Shown piece after piece: positions 37,001-50,660 of a stretch of 64,000 bases of DNA (the first letter of the stretch is position 1; each line of letters starts with the position of its first letter). Under the pieces are notes generated by a model, which saw nothing but the letters and a program-made list of their open reading frames with translations, was not told the DNA's origin and did not search any database. The translations under genes and the position numbers were made by a program. Source of the stretch: Octopus sinensis (lineage: Eukaryota); NCBI RefSeq assembly GCF_006345805.1, contig NC_043005.1, positions 2,914,001 through 2,978,000 of the forward strand, written 5' to 3'.

Positions 37001-37705
37001 CTGTGTGTGTGTGTGCTTCATTGTTGTTATCATCCCACCACCACCACCACCACCCTCTCTTTCAATTCCTTTTTTATTTTTGTAGAAATGCCAAACTTCT
37101 TTTTGTCTTCTTTCTGACCTTTACATCTTCCTCCTCCTCCTCCGCTATCTCTCTCTCTCTCTCTTTCTCTCATACTACTTTATCCTTCAACACCATTTGA
37201 TCTCTGAATGAAAGAAATCTTTTAACTGTTTGAGGAAAACTCAGATTTAAGATTTCTCTTCTTCCTCACAGCATAAAATTTATTCTATTGCTTGAATTAT
37301 AAATCTGTGCTTAAATTAGCCTGAATTAATTATCCCAATGTTAATTATCTGTTAGATGCCAACTAAGTTCTGTATATTCTTCATTATAAAGATTTGCTTC
37401 CGTCCCCATTATAGCTAGCATTTTGATAACTGGCAAATGTCTCTCTCTGTCCTTCTTCGCCCAGAAGAAATCACTGTTGAATGGAAGTGGTTTCCTGGCC
37501 TACATAATTACAGTTTTTCTGGAGTTGAGGATAATGGTGAATGCCATCACTGTTCATTCACTCCCACACGCTTTTACATAACAGCAATGACATAGAAATG
37601 AAAGCCATACATATGTAAAACACCAGACAATGTTAATGAGTTGTGTTTGGGTGTGAATGAATATGATGCAATAGTTCTTACCAGCGTGTAACTCAGTCAG
37701 TCATT

Positions 37706-37920
37706 TTAACCCTTTCGTTACCATATTTCTGTTCAAATACATTGATTTTGCAAATAATGAAGGATTCAGTGAAACAACTTTGTCGTTATTAAACTGATTT
37801 TTGGAAGTAAAGTCAGTGGGAAATTTTGATGGGAAGTTTTCATTTGGATCACTTTCAAACGGGAGAACTGTCTCCTGGAACCAGGAGCAATCTCAAGCAG
37901 GTTGATAGCAAAAGGATTTC
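37706..37920. mobile_element. piggyBac-like MITE, degraded
   Basis: TTAA followed by ccctttcgttacc at the left end; degenerate ggttgatagcaaaagg at the right end. An inverted truncated relative starts at about 47455 (ttaacccttttggtaccaacc). Confidence 0.45.
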
Positions 37921-38869
37921 TGATATTCTTTGAAGCTTTTGAAACTTTCTAAAAGAAACGTCCTGATTATTTACATCATAAGTTGTGACCCCCTTCGGTC
38001 ACAGATGACCGTGGGATTGCACTTAGAACATGGGATTAAATCTTTTCTGCAGGGACATAAAATTAACTTTTAACACTTAGAACCCTTTTCTACCTAAATG
38101 ACCCTGCATTAACTTGAAGGACCCTTTGTAACACTTATTTACCCACCTAAGTCTGATATGAGTAGAATTATTTAAAAAGCACCGATAGAACTATCTCCAC
38201 CCCAATCTCATTTCATTCTTAGTGTAATACTTCTAAGGTGATTGACTGATTTCCAGGTGTACATCAGGTGCCGATGACATTTATACAATTAAGTAAATTC
38301 TGGCTCTTATTTCTCCATTTTCTATAAATAAAGCACTTCTGTTCACTATTAGGAATTCAAACTTATTTAGGCAACATATTTATATTAGCCTAGACGAAGA
38401 TTAGTTATTAATTTTAATGAGATTTAGACCTATAAGGATAAAGGTAATAATTTTGATGTCAACATGGGATTAACTCTACACAGGGTAACCAATCTTAGAG
38501 GTACTGTATTTTCAGGCATATAAGGTCCACCCTAATTTTGGCAGGCCTGATCTGAAAAAAAACAAAACCTGCAGCTAGCCCCAAATCCTCTAGCTAAATG
38601 TCTCCCACATTTTCATGTACAGGAACCATGAAAATTAGATTGACGCCCTTCAGTAAGCTATTCTGGTAGGCTAAGTTGCAATTACCTTAACGATACCAAT
38701 TATCAGCACAGCCTCCCCTATCACCAGTATTCTCCATCATTAATAATGCTAACCACTACCAACCAACAATAACTGCCAACAATCACCATTAGTATTATCA
38801 ATCTGAACTGCTGACACTAGCAACGGCCACTTCTAATTCAAAGCTTTCATCACCACTCAAGCAATATAC

Positions 38870-38900
<31 letters not shown>

Positions 38901-39520
38901 GAACTTACAATGATGAAAGGGCCCCGTGTCCTCAATGTAGGACACGGGCAATCTTGTCCCCCCCCACTCTCCACGATTATCTGTTTTTTTGTTTTCTGTA
39001 TAACAGTTCCACTTCTATAATAAATCTCTGAACAAGATGTAAACAGTAACCGCTCGACAACGTAAAGTATACTAGCCATCTCAATATGGCTAACCACAAA
39101 GGGTGGGCGTTACTGTAACTTTTAGCCCCAGGAGATCATCGTCTCCAGCTGGCTTTAGGCACACTTTCTGTGCCCTTATGGTATTTGCAAAGGGAGGTCA
39201 TCCCCTCTCACAAACCTAAGCGATACGCACGGACTGCAGTTTCAAGGTAATTTGCCTCTTGTCAACGTACGGCAATCACCGGTTTACGATTATAAAATCA
39301 GTACATAGAAGAACAATACAGGACATACAAAAAACAGTTAAGTGGTTCGTTTAAAAATTTCCACAATATATGGATTATTCATTATACAAAAAACTGTATT
39401 TAAATTGTCCTTTGCATTGACTAATATAACATTACATTAGATTGAAATCTTACCGATATATTTTAAACCCCGGCAACCAATAAGGCCCCGCAGCTTTCCT
39501 TTCCTCTTCTCCATCCTTAG

Positions 39521-42500
39521 TTAAACTGGGTTTCTGACACCCACCTTTTTCGCCACTTCCTTCCATCTTTTTTCATACACACCTCGTGGTAAGGTCTTCT
39601 TTTCCAGCCCCATTTTGCTCTTCAGATGATATCTGAAGTAAGTGAGCAAGCCGGGGCCTGAGACAAAGGATCCTATTGCGACTCCTTCCATTCTTGTACG
39701 CCACATGCATTCTTTTACTACTGCAACCGTGCAGTGAAAACATGCCTCACCTTCCTTCGAGAGTTCAGTTGGCGGTATCATCTTAATCATAGACTCAGCC
39801 GACAGCTGTACTCGTCCCAGATGCGATAACACGTGTTCTGCGTAACTTATCAAGTCTGACAACTGCCGACAGTGTACAAAAGCGTGCTGGACGGTTTCAT
39901 CGTCCAACCCGCATCTTGGACACGTCGGTGGCACTGAAATTCCGTGCCGCGATAACTTCTCGCGAACAGGTAAAGCATTCCTATAACACTGCCAGGCCAG
40001 GGATCTTTTTGGAAATTATCCAAATACCCCGTCCCGAAAGTCTTTTTAAACAGGTTGGTAAGCTGGTCCTCGTCGAACCCCAGAGCCCCTCCTAGGACGT
40101 CGTCGTTCTTTGCTTCGACCAGCCTGCTATAAAATACTGAGGTGGTATTTCCGCAGCCGGCCTTGCCTGCCTTGTGGATCAGCGTGAGTGCCTGTCGACA
40201 CTCCTTTTGCCATAAAGTCAGATTCCGTCTTTTGATGCAACCGGGTTTAAAATTCACTAAGGAAGCCGGTCTCGGGAAAAATTCCCCTGCCAGCGGACTC
40301 CACACCTTATCACCCTCCAGGTGGTGCCAGAGATGCTTCAGCCTCAACGCATGCCTGCGCATCATCAACCAAGGCATTCCTAACCCACCCTTTAACGGTT
40401 CCTGGCAGCAAACGGAGCGCCTCACAAGTGGCTTTCCTCCCTTCCACAAAAAGCAGAAAAGGATTCGCTCCAACTTGCTAAGCCATGAATCGGGGCAAGG
40501 GACAATGGTCAGGCGGTAAGTGATTACAGATGCAATGAACATCTGTACCACCTCCGCCCTTCCTTTCAAGGACAGAAACCTTCCGGACCAGGTCCGTACT
40601 ATGGCCTCCACCTTGTCCGTCACCTCACTCCAATTCCTCTCCGTTTGGGAGTCTGACCCAAACCAAACTCCTAGCAACTTAACAGGACCATCTGTCCAGT
40701 GTCCCACGGCACTGGACGATATCGACTTGCTCCTCCAGGTGCCGAGGCGTAAGCCAATCGACTTGTCCTTGTTAACTTGTGCTCCTGCCACCACCTCGTA
40801 TCCTCTGATAGCATCTTCTACACAAGGTAGCTGAGCCTCATTGGACACGATGAGGGTGACGTCATCCGCATAAGCAGAAACCGTCCTCCCGCCTCCGATC
40901 TCATCCGGGTTACTTCCCAGCCTCTATAACTTTTGCAGCAATGGCTCGAGAGCCAACACGTACAAAAGTGGTGACAAGGGGCACCCTTGACGAACTGAAC
41001 ATTCGATCGAAAATGGTTCCGTTAGGTAACTGTTTATCTGGACGGTGGACTTGATGCCGCTATACATAGTGGAGATCCACCCGCGAAATTCAGGGCCCAG
41101 CCCAGCCGCTTCGAGGACCGTCGCCAGGTACTTATGGTCTACCCTATCGAACGCTTTACTTTGGTCTAAATGGACCATTACCCCGCCCTTACCCACCCTA
41201 TCTAAGGTGTAGCGTATAAGGTGAAGATTGTCCTGGATCGACCTGCCTGGAATTGCACATGTCTGTGCTTTCCCTACAAGTTTCTCCACGACAGTCGTCA
41301 ACCTTTTTGCCAACACCTTGGCCAAAATCTTTAACTCTACATTAAGTAGAGTTATGGGCCTGTAATTATTAATGTTATCCCCCTTACTCGGGTCTTTCTG
41401 GATTAGCGTCACCACTCCCTGGCTTACAGAACTGGGAATTCTCCCGTTCTGCTGCCAGTTCGCGTAGACGCCTGCCAGTATTCCTCCGAACAAGTCCGGC
41501 ATACTTTGATAAAACTCGTAGGGTAGACCATCCAACCCCGGCGCATCCGGCCAGTACCCCCTCTATCTCCGTGGGAGTGATCGCTCTTTCACAGCACTCC
41601 ACCTCACGCCCCGAGGGCCGCGGTCCGCCGGCTAGGAAGTCCCTCCCCTGCTCCAGCGCCCCCCCCCCCCCCCCCCGAACGCGCGGGCGAAATGCTGGTG
41701 AAGAAACTTTTGCATCTCCTCCTGTCCATAGATCTTGTGTCCCTGTTCGTCAGTTAAAGACTTGATTGAAGCTTTGTTACCTCTCTGACTCTCCACTCGA
41801 CGGGCCCATCCGGCAACGTTAATACCTTCTCGTTTCCCTGTGCGTTGCTTAGCTCTAACTCTGCAACCTTCGTGTTTGGAGTTAAGGTGACGGTACAATA
41901 CCGTCCTTGCCGCCATCACTCCGGATGCAGAGCCAGATTCCATTGCCTCGTTTAGATTCTTAACTAAATCGTCCTCTATCCTAGACCTATCTAACCTTAG
42001 CTGATTGCTAAATCTAATGGACTCTGAATGAATGGCTCTTTTGAGGGAGTGCCACCATCTATTGTTAATGATGGTGCCACACAATGCCCTCTGTACTAAC
42101 ACCTTAATCCGGGTACGGAAGTCTTCATAATTCAAAATAGACTTGTTCAGCTTCCAGTACCTGGGTCCCTGTCTATGACACTTATCTAATTGCACCCTAC
42201 AAGTCACAAATTTGTGATCTGTGTAAGGCACAATGTGAAACTGTGGACAACTAAACGTATCCTTATCTCTTTTCCTAATGAATATCCTATCTATATACGA
42301 TCTGCGTGAGCCGTCGTTGTTACTCCACGTCCACTGTGGAACGCTGGGCTCATCCAGTCGATAACGGTCTACTAGATTAAAGCTCTCTAGTAGACCCTTG
42401 TGGCTAGGGTTCCCCTTCCTATTGGTTGAGCCAACACTGTCGAACCGCGCTTCAAGGACAGTGTTAAAGTCCCCTACTAAGACTACCGTTTTCGACGTCA

Positions 42501-42882
42501 CTAAAAAGTGCTCCAGATTCCGAAAAAAACCCGACTGCCTACACTCATTCGGAACGTAGACAGCTACCAACCTGAAGGACTGTTTACTTACATGGGTCAC
42601 ATCCAGAACGACCAGCCTGCCTTCTGGGTTCAGAAAGACAGTACTTACCTGCAAGTCCAAGCTCTTCCTGATAAGGACTTCCACGCCCCTTCCTTCTCCT
42701 TGGCTAGGAGAAATAAATTTCTCAAAACCATTTAGAAGAGGTGAGAACGCTTGGGCCCCGTTCATCTTGGACTCGGTTACAATAGCTACATCCACTCCGT
42801 GTGTCGTGAGGTCGTTCAGGAGACAAATTTGTTTCCATTTCGACCCCATTCCACGCACATTCACACAACCCAGCTTTGCCAT
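39521..42882 (-). pseudogene. Tx1-like ORF2: APE endonuclease, reverse transcriptase and C-terminal CCHC
   Basis: GCVNVRG, VGDFN, YIDRIF, TDHK; LDGLPYEFY, YRPITLLNVELKILAK, DQSKAFDRV, VRQGCPLSP, AYADD; CPRC...ETVQHAFVHC. Lesions: frameshift at the G-run near 41670, small deletion near 41545, in-frame TAG at 40924-40926, frameshift near 40005. Confidence 0.92.
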
Positions 42883-42899
42883 TGTCGGAGAGAGAAAAA

Positions 42900-44320
42900 A
42901 AAAAAACTTGCGGTTGGGACAGGGAGCATGACAGTTTAAATCTGCCTGCTTCCCCTTCTTCCTCCCTTGTGCTCGTAGCTGCAGGGCTCTTAACCGGCGT
43001 TGCCATCGGGCTCAGGATAGGTGTGGTTGCCGGGGTTATAGTAAGTTTGCCCTCCAGTATAATAACCTCCTGATAAGGTTATTTTTTAAATGTTCTTGGA
43101 GTGTTTTTTCCTTCCACTCGTCTTCCTTTATTTTTGCAAAACGACTGGTTGACTTAGTGTCTGCAGACTTACTGAATAATTTCAGTTTTGAAAATTTAAA
43201 ATACATAAACACTCTATCGTTTCTCTCGTCGAATGCTACAATCTTTTCATTTTTTTTAATCAATTTTTTCCAATCTTGTTTTATGGGGTGGGGCTTGGCG
43301 AACTGTGTTCCAATGAATACAGTGCCATGGGGGTAGGGCTGGGGAATTTGTTTTGTATGTATCTCTGCGGTGTTTGCTGATTTTTTCTTTGTTTGGGGAG
43401 GGGAGTCCAGGGTATTTTCTTTTTTTCTTTTGTGTGTCTCCTGTGTAAATTCCATTTGTTCATTTTTATCTTCCGTTTCGATTCCCTTCCTTGTCGCAGT
43501 CTTGGGGTCTTTTTCTGTGTTTGAAGCACTTTGAGGAGGGGCTTCGCTGTTTTCCTTTTTTTTTTATGCAGTTCGAGCGGACGTGACCCTTTTCACCACA
43601 TTTGAAACACCTAGGTCTGCGCCCCTCCACTGACACTCTCATTGTAATTCCCTCCTCAATAAATGCCCTATCGGGTAAGTTTTCTAGCACATTATTTTCT
43701 GCTTGAACGAGGAGTTTGAGCGCTTGTCCCTTCCAGTTTACCTCCTCTTTCCTTTTCATCTGCAGAATTGAGACTTTCTGCTCTATGTCGTGCAGAACCG
43801 CTGCTGCTACCCACATCATATATCCTCTTGGAATGTCTTCCACATATAGTTTCGCAGTTCTTTTGCCCATATAGGTAGGTAGTAACATGATGTCCTCACT
43901 TTTTAAGGTCATCGATGAAATCTCTCTTGCCACATCAGCCGAGTTGAAATGTGCTTCAACGGTATCGCTGCGGGCACCTCGACCGACGTAGCGAATTTTG
44001 CTCCACACCAGGGACAAGCACTTCTCTACTATTTCGTTCTTCACGTCCATTATATTTTTCTCTTTGTTACTGTAAACCTTGTATACTACTGTCTTGGCCT
44101 TTATTTCCTGTAATATCACTTGCGGCGTTACCAGTTTTATTTCGTTGCCTTCCTTTTTGACCAAGTTCCAGTATTCGAACAACTGTTCTATTTTGAATTC
44201 CACTTCCATTACGGTTCCGCCCATTGCGGCCGAAAAAGACTGTTTTCTAACCTCGATATCCTTCTGTTCGCCTTTTCCCATCACGGGAAAGTCGCTCCTC
44301 GACGCCAAGTCGAACTCCAT
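42900..44320 (-). pseudogene. Tx1-like ORF1 with a CCHC zinc knuckle, frameshifted in its 3' third
   Basis: ORF 43466-44320 contains CFKCGEKGHVRSNC. The reading continues in other frames (43036-43455, 42722-43006) after an A-run near 43560. Confidence 0.85.
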
Positions 44321-44648
44321 TTCTCAAATTATGAGAACCAATTTTTCAAAAAAAATTACCCCGAAGGTAATAACAATGTTTATACACAGAATTTTCAGCC
44401 CCGTAGGGCGAAAATTACTGTCACACAACGGACAACTGTTCAATTCACGAGCAAACACAAACAACGACAAACAAAAAACAAACTCACTCAACAAAATAGG
44501 CAGCTAACTTCTCAATACGCAGATGAAAGAGGGGTCCCTAGACGAGTGACAAACCACCAGGTCGCGATGGAAGAGAAAGCTGCCTTGCAAATATATAAGA
44601 GTTTTTCTAGTAACGTCTGCCACTGATTTCGAAAAACTGACAGTAAGC

Positions 44649-45051
44649 ATTATTAAATCTCAGAATGAGATTGAAACAGTAATCGCTTGATAATGTAAAG
44701 TATAGAAGCCATCTTAGCATGGCTAACCACATAGGGGAGGGGGTGTTACTGTAGCTTTATAGCCCCAAGAGATCGTCGTCTCCAGTTGGCTTTAGACACC
44801 ATTTCAGTGCCCTTGAAGTATTTGCGAAGGGAGGCCATCCCTTCCTTGCAAGCCTGAGTGATACACTCGGACTAGTTTCGGGATTTTTGTCCCTTGTCAA
44901 CGGGCGGTAACCACCAGGAGACAACGATCTCTTAGGGCTATAAAGCTACAGTAACACCCCCTCCCCTATGTGGTTAGCCATGTTAAGATGGCTTCTATAC
45001 TTTACATTATCGAGCGATTACTGTTTCAATCTCATTCTGAGATTTAATAAT
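44649..45051. repeat. Fold-back palindrome: 136-bp inverted arms around a ~130-bp spacer
   Basis: 44649-44784 is the reverse complement of 44916-45051, with about 5 mismatches by eye. Confidence 0.92.
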
Positions 45052-48000
45052 TTATTTATTAATACATTTAAAACAAAATTAGTGACAAAAAAAATAAGAA
45101 GAGAAATTAATTATATAATGAGACATTATTACTGTTTGTGTGTTATGTTATTTATTCTTACTGTCATTGTAAAGGTTGTGAGCTGGCAGAGTCATTAGCC
45201 TGCCTGGCGAAATGCTTCACTGCATCTTGGCTGTCTTTATGTTCTGAGTTCAAATTCTGCTGAGGCCAACTTTCTAAAATTGGACTACAAAATTGGTTAC
45301 TGTACAGATGTTGCAGGAACAATTCAGAATTAGCATTGAAGCCGTGGCGCTGTTGGTGTGGATAACTGTCAACGGTCGAAGTCCGGCCACATGGTGAATA
45401 TTGCAGTGAAAGAATGTGAATAGCAAAGGAAAAGTTTTCAACGACGTTGCCAAAAGTTGTCAGCCAGGATTAAGACAGAAGTTCAAAACTGCAATTGGAA
45501 TTAATCCCTAGTGATTTGAATGCAAATCCTCTGACATCAGTTCTCTTTCTATATTTTTATTGTTTTGAGAATAGTCCATTATGGAATATTCTAATGGTGG
45601 GGGTCACCAATCTTAGTGAGAGAGATAGTTGTTCACCAGTTTAGTAGGAGAGGTGTTCAGTGTGAGAAAATGAAATTATCAGAAGGCATTTTTGGGGGTG
45701 ATTAACATAACAGAGATTTATTTAAAGTGGGGATAACACAGTGTATCAAATAAACAAAGATAATTATGATTTCCACTTGTGTATAAGGATGTGTGCAACA
45801 ATAGAAATAACGACCTGCTGGAGAGATGCTGGCAGAGGAAAGCAAACTTAATGAGCAGTAAATATCCATGTGTTGTGTGAAGGAGAAAATGCAATAAGCT
45901 GTCTCCAGGTGAGTGTATAAGAAACCAATCAGTGTGTCGTTCTGTGTGACTGAAGTCAGTGGACAGTTGACGATCGCTTGTCAACTTTCCAGCTTCTAAG
46001 TTTCCGTGCCCTTCGGCTGGGCAGAGGTCGTCATGTGTATCCCTCCGCCACTAGCTTTTAAAGGGCAGAGGAGCGCAGTACCAGTGTATTGTTGTCCAGG
46101 GGCGAAATAGTTTGGTTGCCCTTCTACAACTTCATTACCCTCAAAATGGCTGGTCTTGTTCCAAAATAAGAAAGCACCATTGCTATCATTACATATTGTG
46201 TTCTATGAATAATTATTATCTATTGGTCAATATGATAATAGGTTGATACCAGTTATATCTATGTAACGTACGAGTATCTGGTTATGAGACATTTTAGCAC
46301 AGTTCCTTTGGTGCTGCTTATTTTGGTGTCACCGATTCCATACTGACATCAGATGGTTTGCTGCTTCTCTTGTTCTCCCCCTACATCTGTGTGTATTTGT
46401 GAAGGCACATGGCTTAGGGGTCAGGGGATATTCGGCTCAGGATTGTAAGGTCAGGAGTTCAATTTCCAGTGGTGTGTTCTGTCCTTGAGCAAGACACTTT
46501 ATTCCACATTGCTGTAATTCAAAGGGGGCAGGTTTGTCTGGGAATACTCAGCCACCTTTGATCAGATCAACTGGAATCCTGATCATCGTAACCAACAGAG
46601 GGCCAGTTATATTTGCCAAAATGAGCCCAGTCACCTCATTGCAGTGTCTCCTAGATAGACGTGTCCCTTGCTAAAAGTGATTGCAATCATTGTTTTCACC
46701 CATTGTTGAACACAATCACTTTAGGCCTCTCCTTCTCTTCTTCTCTCTCTCTCTCTCTCCTATTTACATTTATGGCACCTGCTACAATCATCATCATCAT
46801 CATCACCATATTAATAAGGTGACAAGCTGGCAGAATTGTTAGCATTGCTGGGCAAAATGCTTATCGACATTTTGTCCATCTTCACATTTTGAGTTCAAAT
46901 TCTACCAAGGTCAGTTTTGCCTTTCATGCTTTCATGGTCAATAGAATAAGTACCAGTTGCACACTGGGGTCCTTGTAATTGACATAATCCTTCCCCTGAA
47001 ATTGCTGGCCTTGTGCTAAATTTGAATGCAGTATTATTTTTCTATATTTATAAAAGTACAACGATAATAAATCATGTTGAATTAAATTTTGGTTTTTATT
47101 TCTTTCTTCATGGAGATTAAACTGTTTTTGATCTATTTTTTCTTTCTTTCTTTTTTTTCTCTTTGCCAAAATGGGTGGGCTGATTAATGAATGAATAATA
47201 TCGTTAAAAGGCCACAAATAATTGAAGTCATAGCAACAGAGAGACTGAACTGTAACCATGGAGAAATGGGAAATTCTAATGCCAAAGAACATTTAATGGT
47301 TGAGGTGTTTTAATTCTAAGAGTAACGTGGAGTAGAAGTCAGTGTGTAACAAAGTGTTTAGTAAATTATTCAACAGATGTGAGTTACTGTGTTAGAACTA
47401 AAAATGAATTGTAATTAATCATTATGAGTAGCAATAACTTTTTGAATTATGTTTTAACCCTTTTGGTACCAACCCGAGACCAACGCCTCTGCTTCTCTCC
47501 TACAAACTTGCTCTTTTCAAATGATGGGAATTAAACCCTTTTCCATCAAAATTTCATATTTATTTATGTTCCAAACTCCATCCTAAGGATAACGAAGCTA
47601 TTTTTACTAATTTCTTCAATATTTTCAGTATATAGGTGCAGGCATGGCTGTGTTGTAAAAAGCTTGCTTCCTAACCACATGGTTCTGGGTTCAATCTCAC
47701 TGTTGGGCAAATGTCTTCTACTATAGTCTTGGATTGACCAAAGCCTTATGGCTATATTTGGTAAGACAGAAACTGAAAGAAGCCTGTCATATATTTATGG
47801 CAAATAAAGTGAGGTCACAGCTGTAACCTGCACCAGTGTCACATAACCAACCAACTCAAAAGTACCCTTGGATTGTAGGGCAACATGCTGTGCTTGAGGT
47901 GACCTATTGAGTCAAGTACATCAGCATCAAATCACAATCAAAAGGAAAGTGAAGTTGTGGTCCCTGTGCCGGTAGCACGTGAAAAGTCCCATCCAAATGT

Positions 48001-48264
48001 GCCCCCGCTTTGACTGGCACGTAAAAAGTGTCATCCGATCGTGGTTGATGCCAGTGCCACCTGACTGGCCCCTGTACCGGTGGCATGTAAAAAGCACCCA
48101 CTACACACTTGGAGTGGTTGATGTTAGGAAGGGTATCCAGCTGTAGAAACATTGCCAGATCAGATGAGTCTAGTGCAGCCTCCTGGCTTTCCAGACCCCA
48201 GTTGAACCGTCCAACCCATGCCAGCATGGAAAACTGACGTTAAACAATGATGATGATATATATA

Positions 48265-50660
48265 CAGTGTACCTCTGCTTATTTGCGGTTCAGCATTCGC
48301 AGTCCCAGTTATTCACAGGTCTAATAATTTCTCACAGAAACTGCTGCATATTTGTGGAATCATAAATATTGTTTGTGATTTTTTTTATGGTTTTTTTTTT
48401 AATTTCATGGCATACATATTTTTTCACACTTTTTAAGTCTAAATTATTAATAATAATAATAATATGCTGTATTTGCCAGCACACAACACGAAACTGAACA
48501 TTAATTTTATACCAGTGCTTTTCTTTTTAAATCAATGCTACATTTTGATCACAGACATTGTTCATTTCAACAGGATCATTTCTAAGGTTGGGAGCCAACA
48601 TAGCCTCATTGAAATTAGGTTACTTACTGGTCCCCCCCCCTCTCTCTCTCTCATTAGTATAGTATAGATTACCGTATCTAATGGTAATACAAACTAAATA
48701 TTTCAAAACCATGATTATTTTTAATCTCTGCTCAATCTCCCATTGGTGGTATGCACGTATCAGATTTTTTTATAGGTTCTTTTTGTTTTTGGGGGTGGGG
48801 GGGACTGCATCCAGTCACTCTCTCCAGTATTTTGTTGAGTGCTGTGGTTTTTGCAGCGTATTATTAAAGCCCTAAAATGCTGCCCAAACGTCCTACCCCT
48901 TTTAAGGCTTCTGGCTGTGAACCTAAGTGCTAGAAAAAGATTATGACACTCCATAAGGAGGGACAACTGCTGAATATGTTCTGGGAAAGTAAAGTTATGC
49001 TGCAGTAGGTCACTATTATGTTGTCAACAAAAGCACCATACACTACATAAAGAAGAACAAGGTGGCGATCAGTACTACCGTAGCAGTAAGTTTCTGTGAA
49101 AGTGCCAAAAAAGATAACGACAGTGAGAAACAAGCACCTTCTCAGGATGGAATCTACCTTGGCATTGTGGATCAGTGACTGCAAGAAGAAAAACATCCCC
49201 TTGAGTGGTAACATCATCTGCGAGAAAGCGTGGAAATTATAGCAGCAGTTTGAGAGAGGAGACGGAGCAGAAGGCACCAAAGAATCGCATCCAGGACCAT
49301 TGACAGCACCAGAGCCCGAAGATTTTCAAACCAGCAAAGGATGGTTTGACTGTTCCTAGAAACAGTTTAAAATAAAGTGTGTTTCCTTGCATGGAGAGAC
49401 AGCATCAGCCGACAGAGAAGCCACCAAGATGTACTTCAAGGACAAGGGATACAAGCCAAAACAGGTTTTCAACATGGCTGAGACTGGTTTGTTCTGGAAG
49501 AAGACGTCTTCCAGAACATGCATCAGGAAGGACAAAGCCAGAGCCCCAGGATTTAAGGCAGAGAAGGACAGAGTGATGCTGATTATGTATGGCAATGCTG
49601 CTGGCTTCATGATAAAACCAAGACTCATCTACAAGTCTGCAAACCCAAGGGCCTTCAAAAATAAGAATAAAAACCTGTTACCTGTCTACTGGATGCACAA
49701 CCCCGAAGGCCTGGATCATCAAAAGTCTAACCTTGAATTGGTTCCACCAATGCCTCACCCCTGAAGCCAAGGAATACCTCCAAACTGTTTGCATGGAATT
49801 CAAGGTGCTGTTTGTTATGGACAATGCTGGTGGTCACTCTTTGGATTTGAATCACGAGGGAGTCCAAGTCAAGATCCTCCCTGCCAACACCACATCCCTC
49901 ATCCAGCCTATGGATCAAGGTATGATCCATGCTTTCAAGGCACTTTACACTCAGAACTCTCTCCTTGTGGATGCAATGGATTCAGACAAGAAATTCAAGT
50001 TAAAGGAGTACTGGCATAACTTCATGATCACAACCTGCCTGTCAGTCATCCACACTGCTCTTAAAGACATGAAAAAGAAACCCTCATCATATGTTAGAAG
50101 GTGTGGCCAGAGTGTGTCCAGGACTACGAGGGTTTCTCACCTGAAGATATTCAGCACAAGACTGTCAACAATGCGGTGAAACTGTCAAGGGTACTTGGGG
50201 AAGAAGTTTTTGACATTATGCAAGATTTTTTGGAGTTATCAAAGTCTGCCAGCGAAGAGTAGAAGGAAGCACCAATTCCAGCAGAAAAGAAGGATGAGGT
50301 GGGCTTAGCAATTGAACATCTGTCTGCCCTTTTAAGGACAGCAAAGGAATTGGAAGGGAAAGCAGAAGCATGGGATCCCTATATGGTTCAGTCTCTCCAG
50401 TTTCAAAATGCCATTGATACTGCCATGCAGACATATAAAACCACTCCTCACCACCATGAAGAAACGATGACTGCAACTTCCCATCACAATGTTCCTGAAA
50501 CCCATCGAGAAAGCCTTGCATGAAGATACGACGACATCCCCTGAAACACCTGAAGAAGAGGCATCACCTGAAGAGCTTTAAATTTTCTTTGCTGCGAGGT
50601 CATTACCTTCATTATTTTCATCATCATCGTCTTAAATCAATATCATTCATTATTCGTGAG
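48265..50660 (+). mobile_element. Tigger/pogo-type transposon (CENP-B HTH plus DDE_1), degraded
   Basis: TA followed by CAGTGTACCTCTGC (left end). ATG at 48877. RMESTLALWISD..KKNIPLSG, QVFNMAETGLFWKK, GFKAEKDRV, VLFVMDNAGGH and LPANTTSLIQPMDQG, with stops and frameshifts. Right end not found. Confidence 0.88.

Larger units (their letters stand above)
39017..44640 (-). mobile_element. Near full-length Tx1/L1-clade LINE (ORF1 plus ORF2), with a few inactivating lesions
   Basis: 5' UTR, ORF1 from 44320, ORF2 from 42882 to 39521, and a 3' UTR of about 500 bp. No poly(A) tail or clear TSD seen. Confidence 0.92.

Noticed and set aside
38923-38948. Perfect 10-bp GC hairpin (cccgtgtcct/aggacacggg) near the Tx1 3' end
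   Set aside because: It is isolated, with no Helitron CTRR end or GAAAC core nearby, so no function can be assigned.
39170-39215. SECIS-like element in the Tx1 3' module (AUGA...AAA...GA)
   Set aside because: The second copy has AUGG in place of AUGA, and no selenoprotein ORF lies upstream.
45940-46080. Hammerhead-like motif on the minus strand (catgacga...tgccc/gggca...ggaaac)
   Set aside because: The core is imperfect and stem I cannot form.
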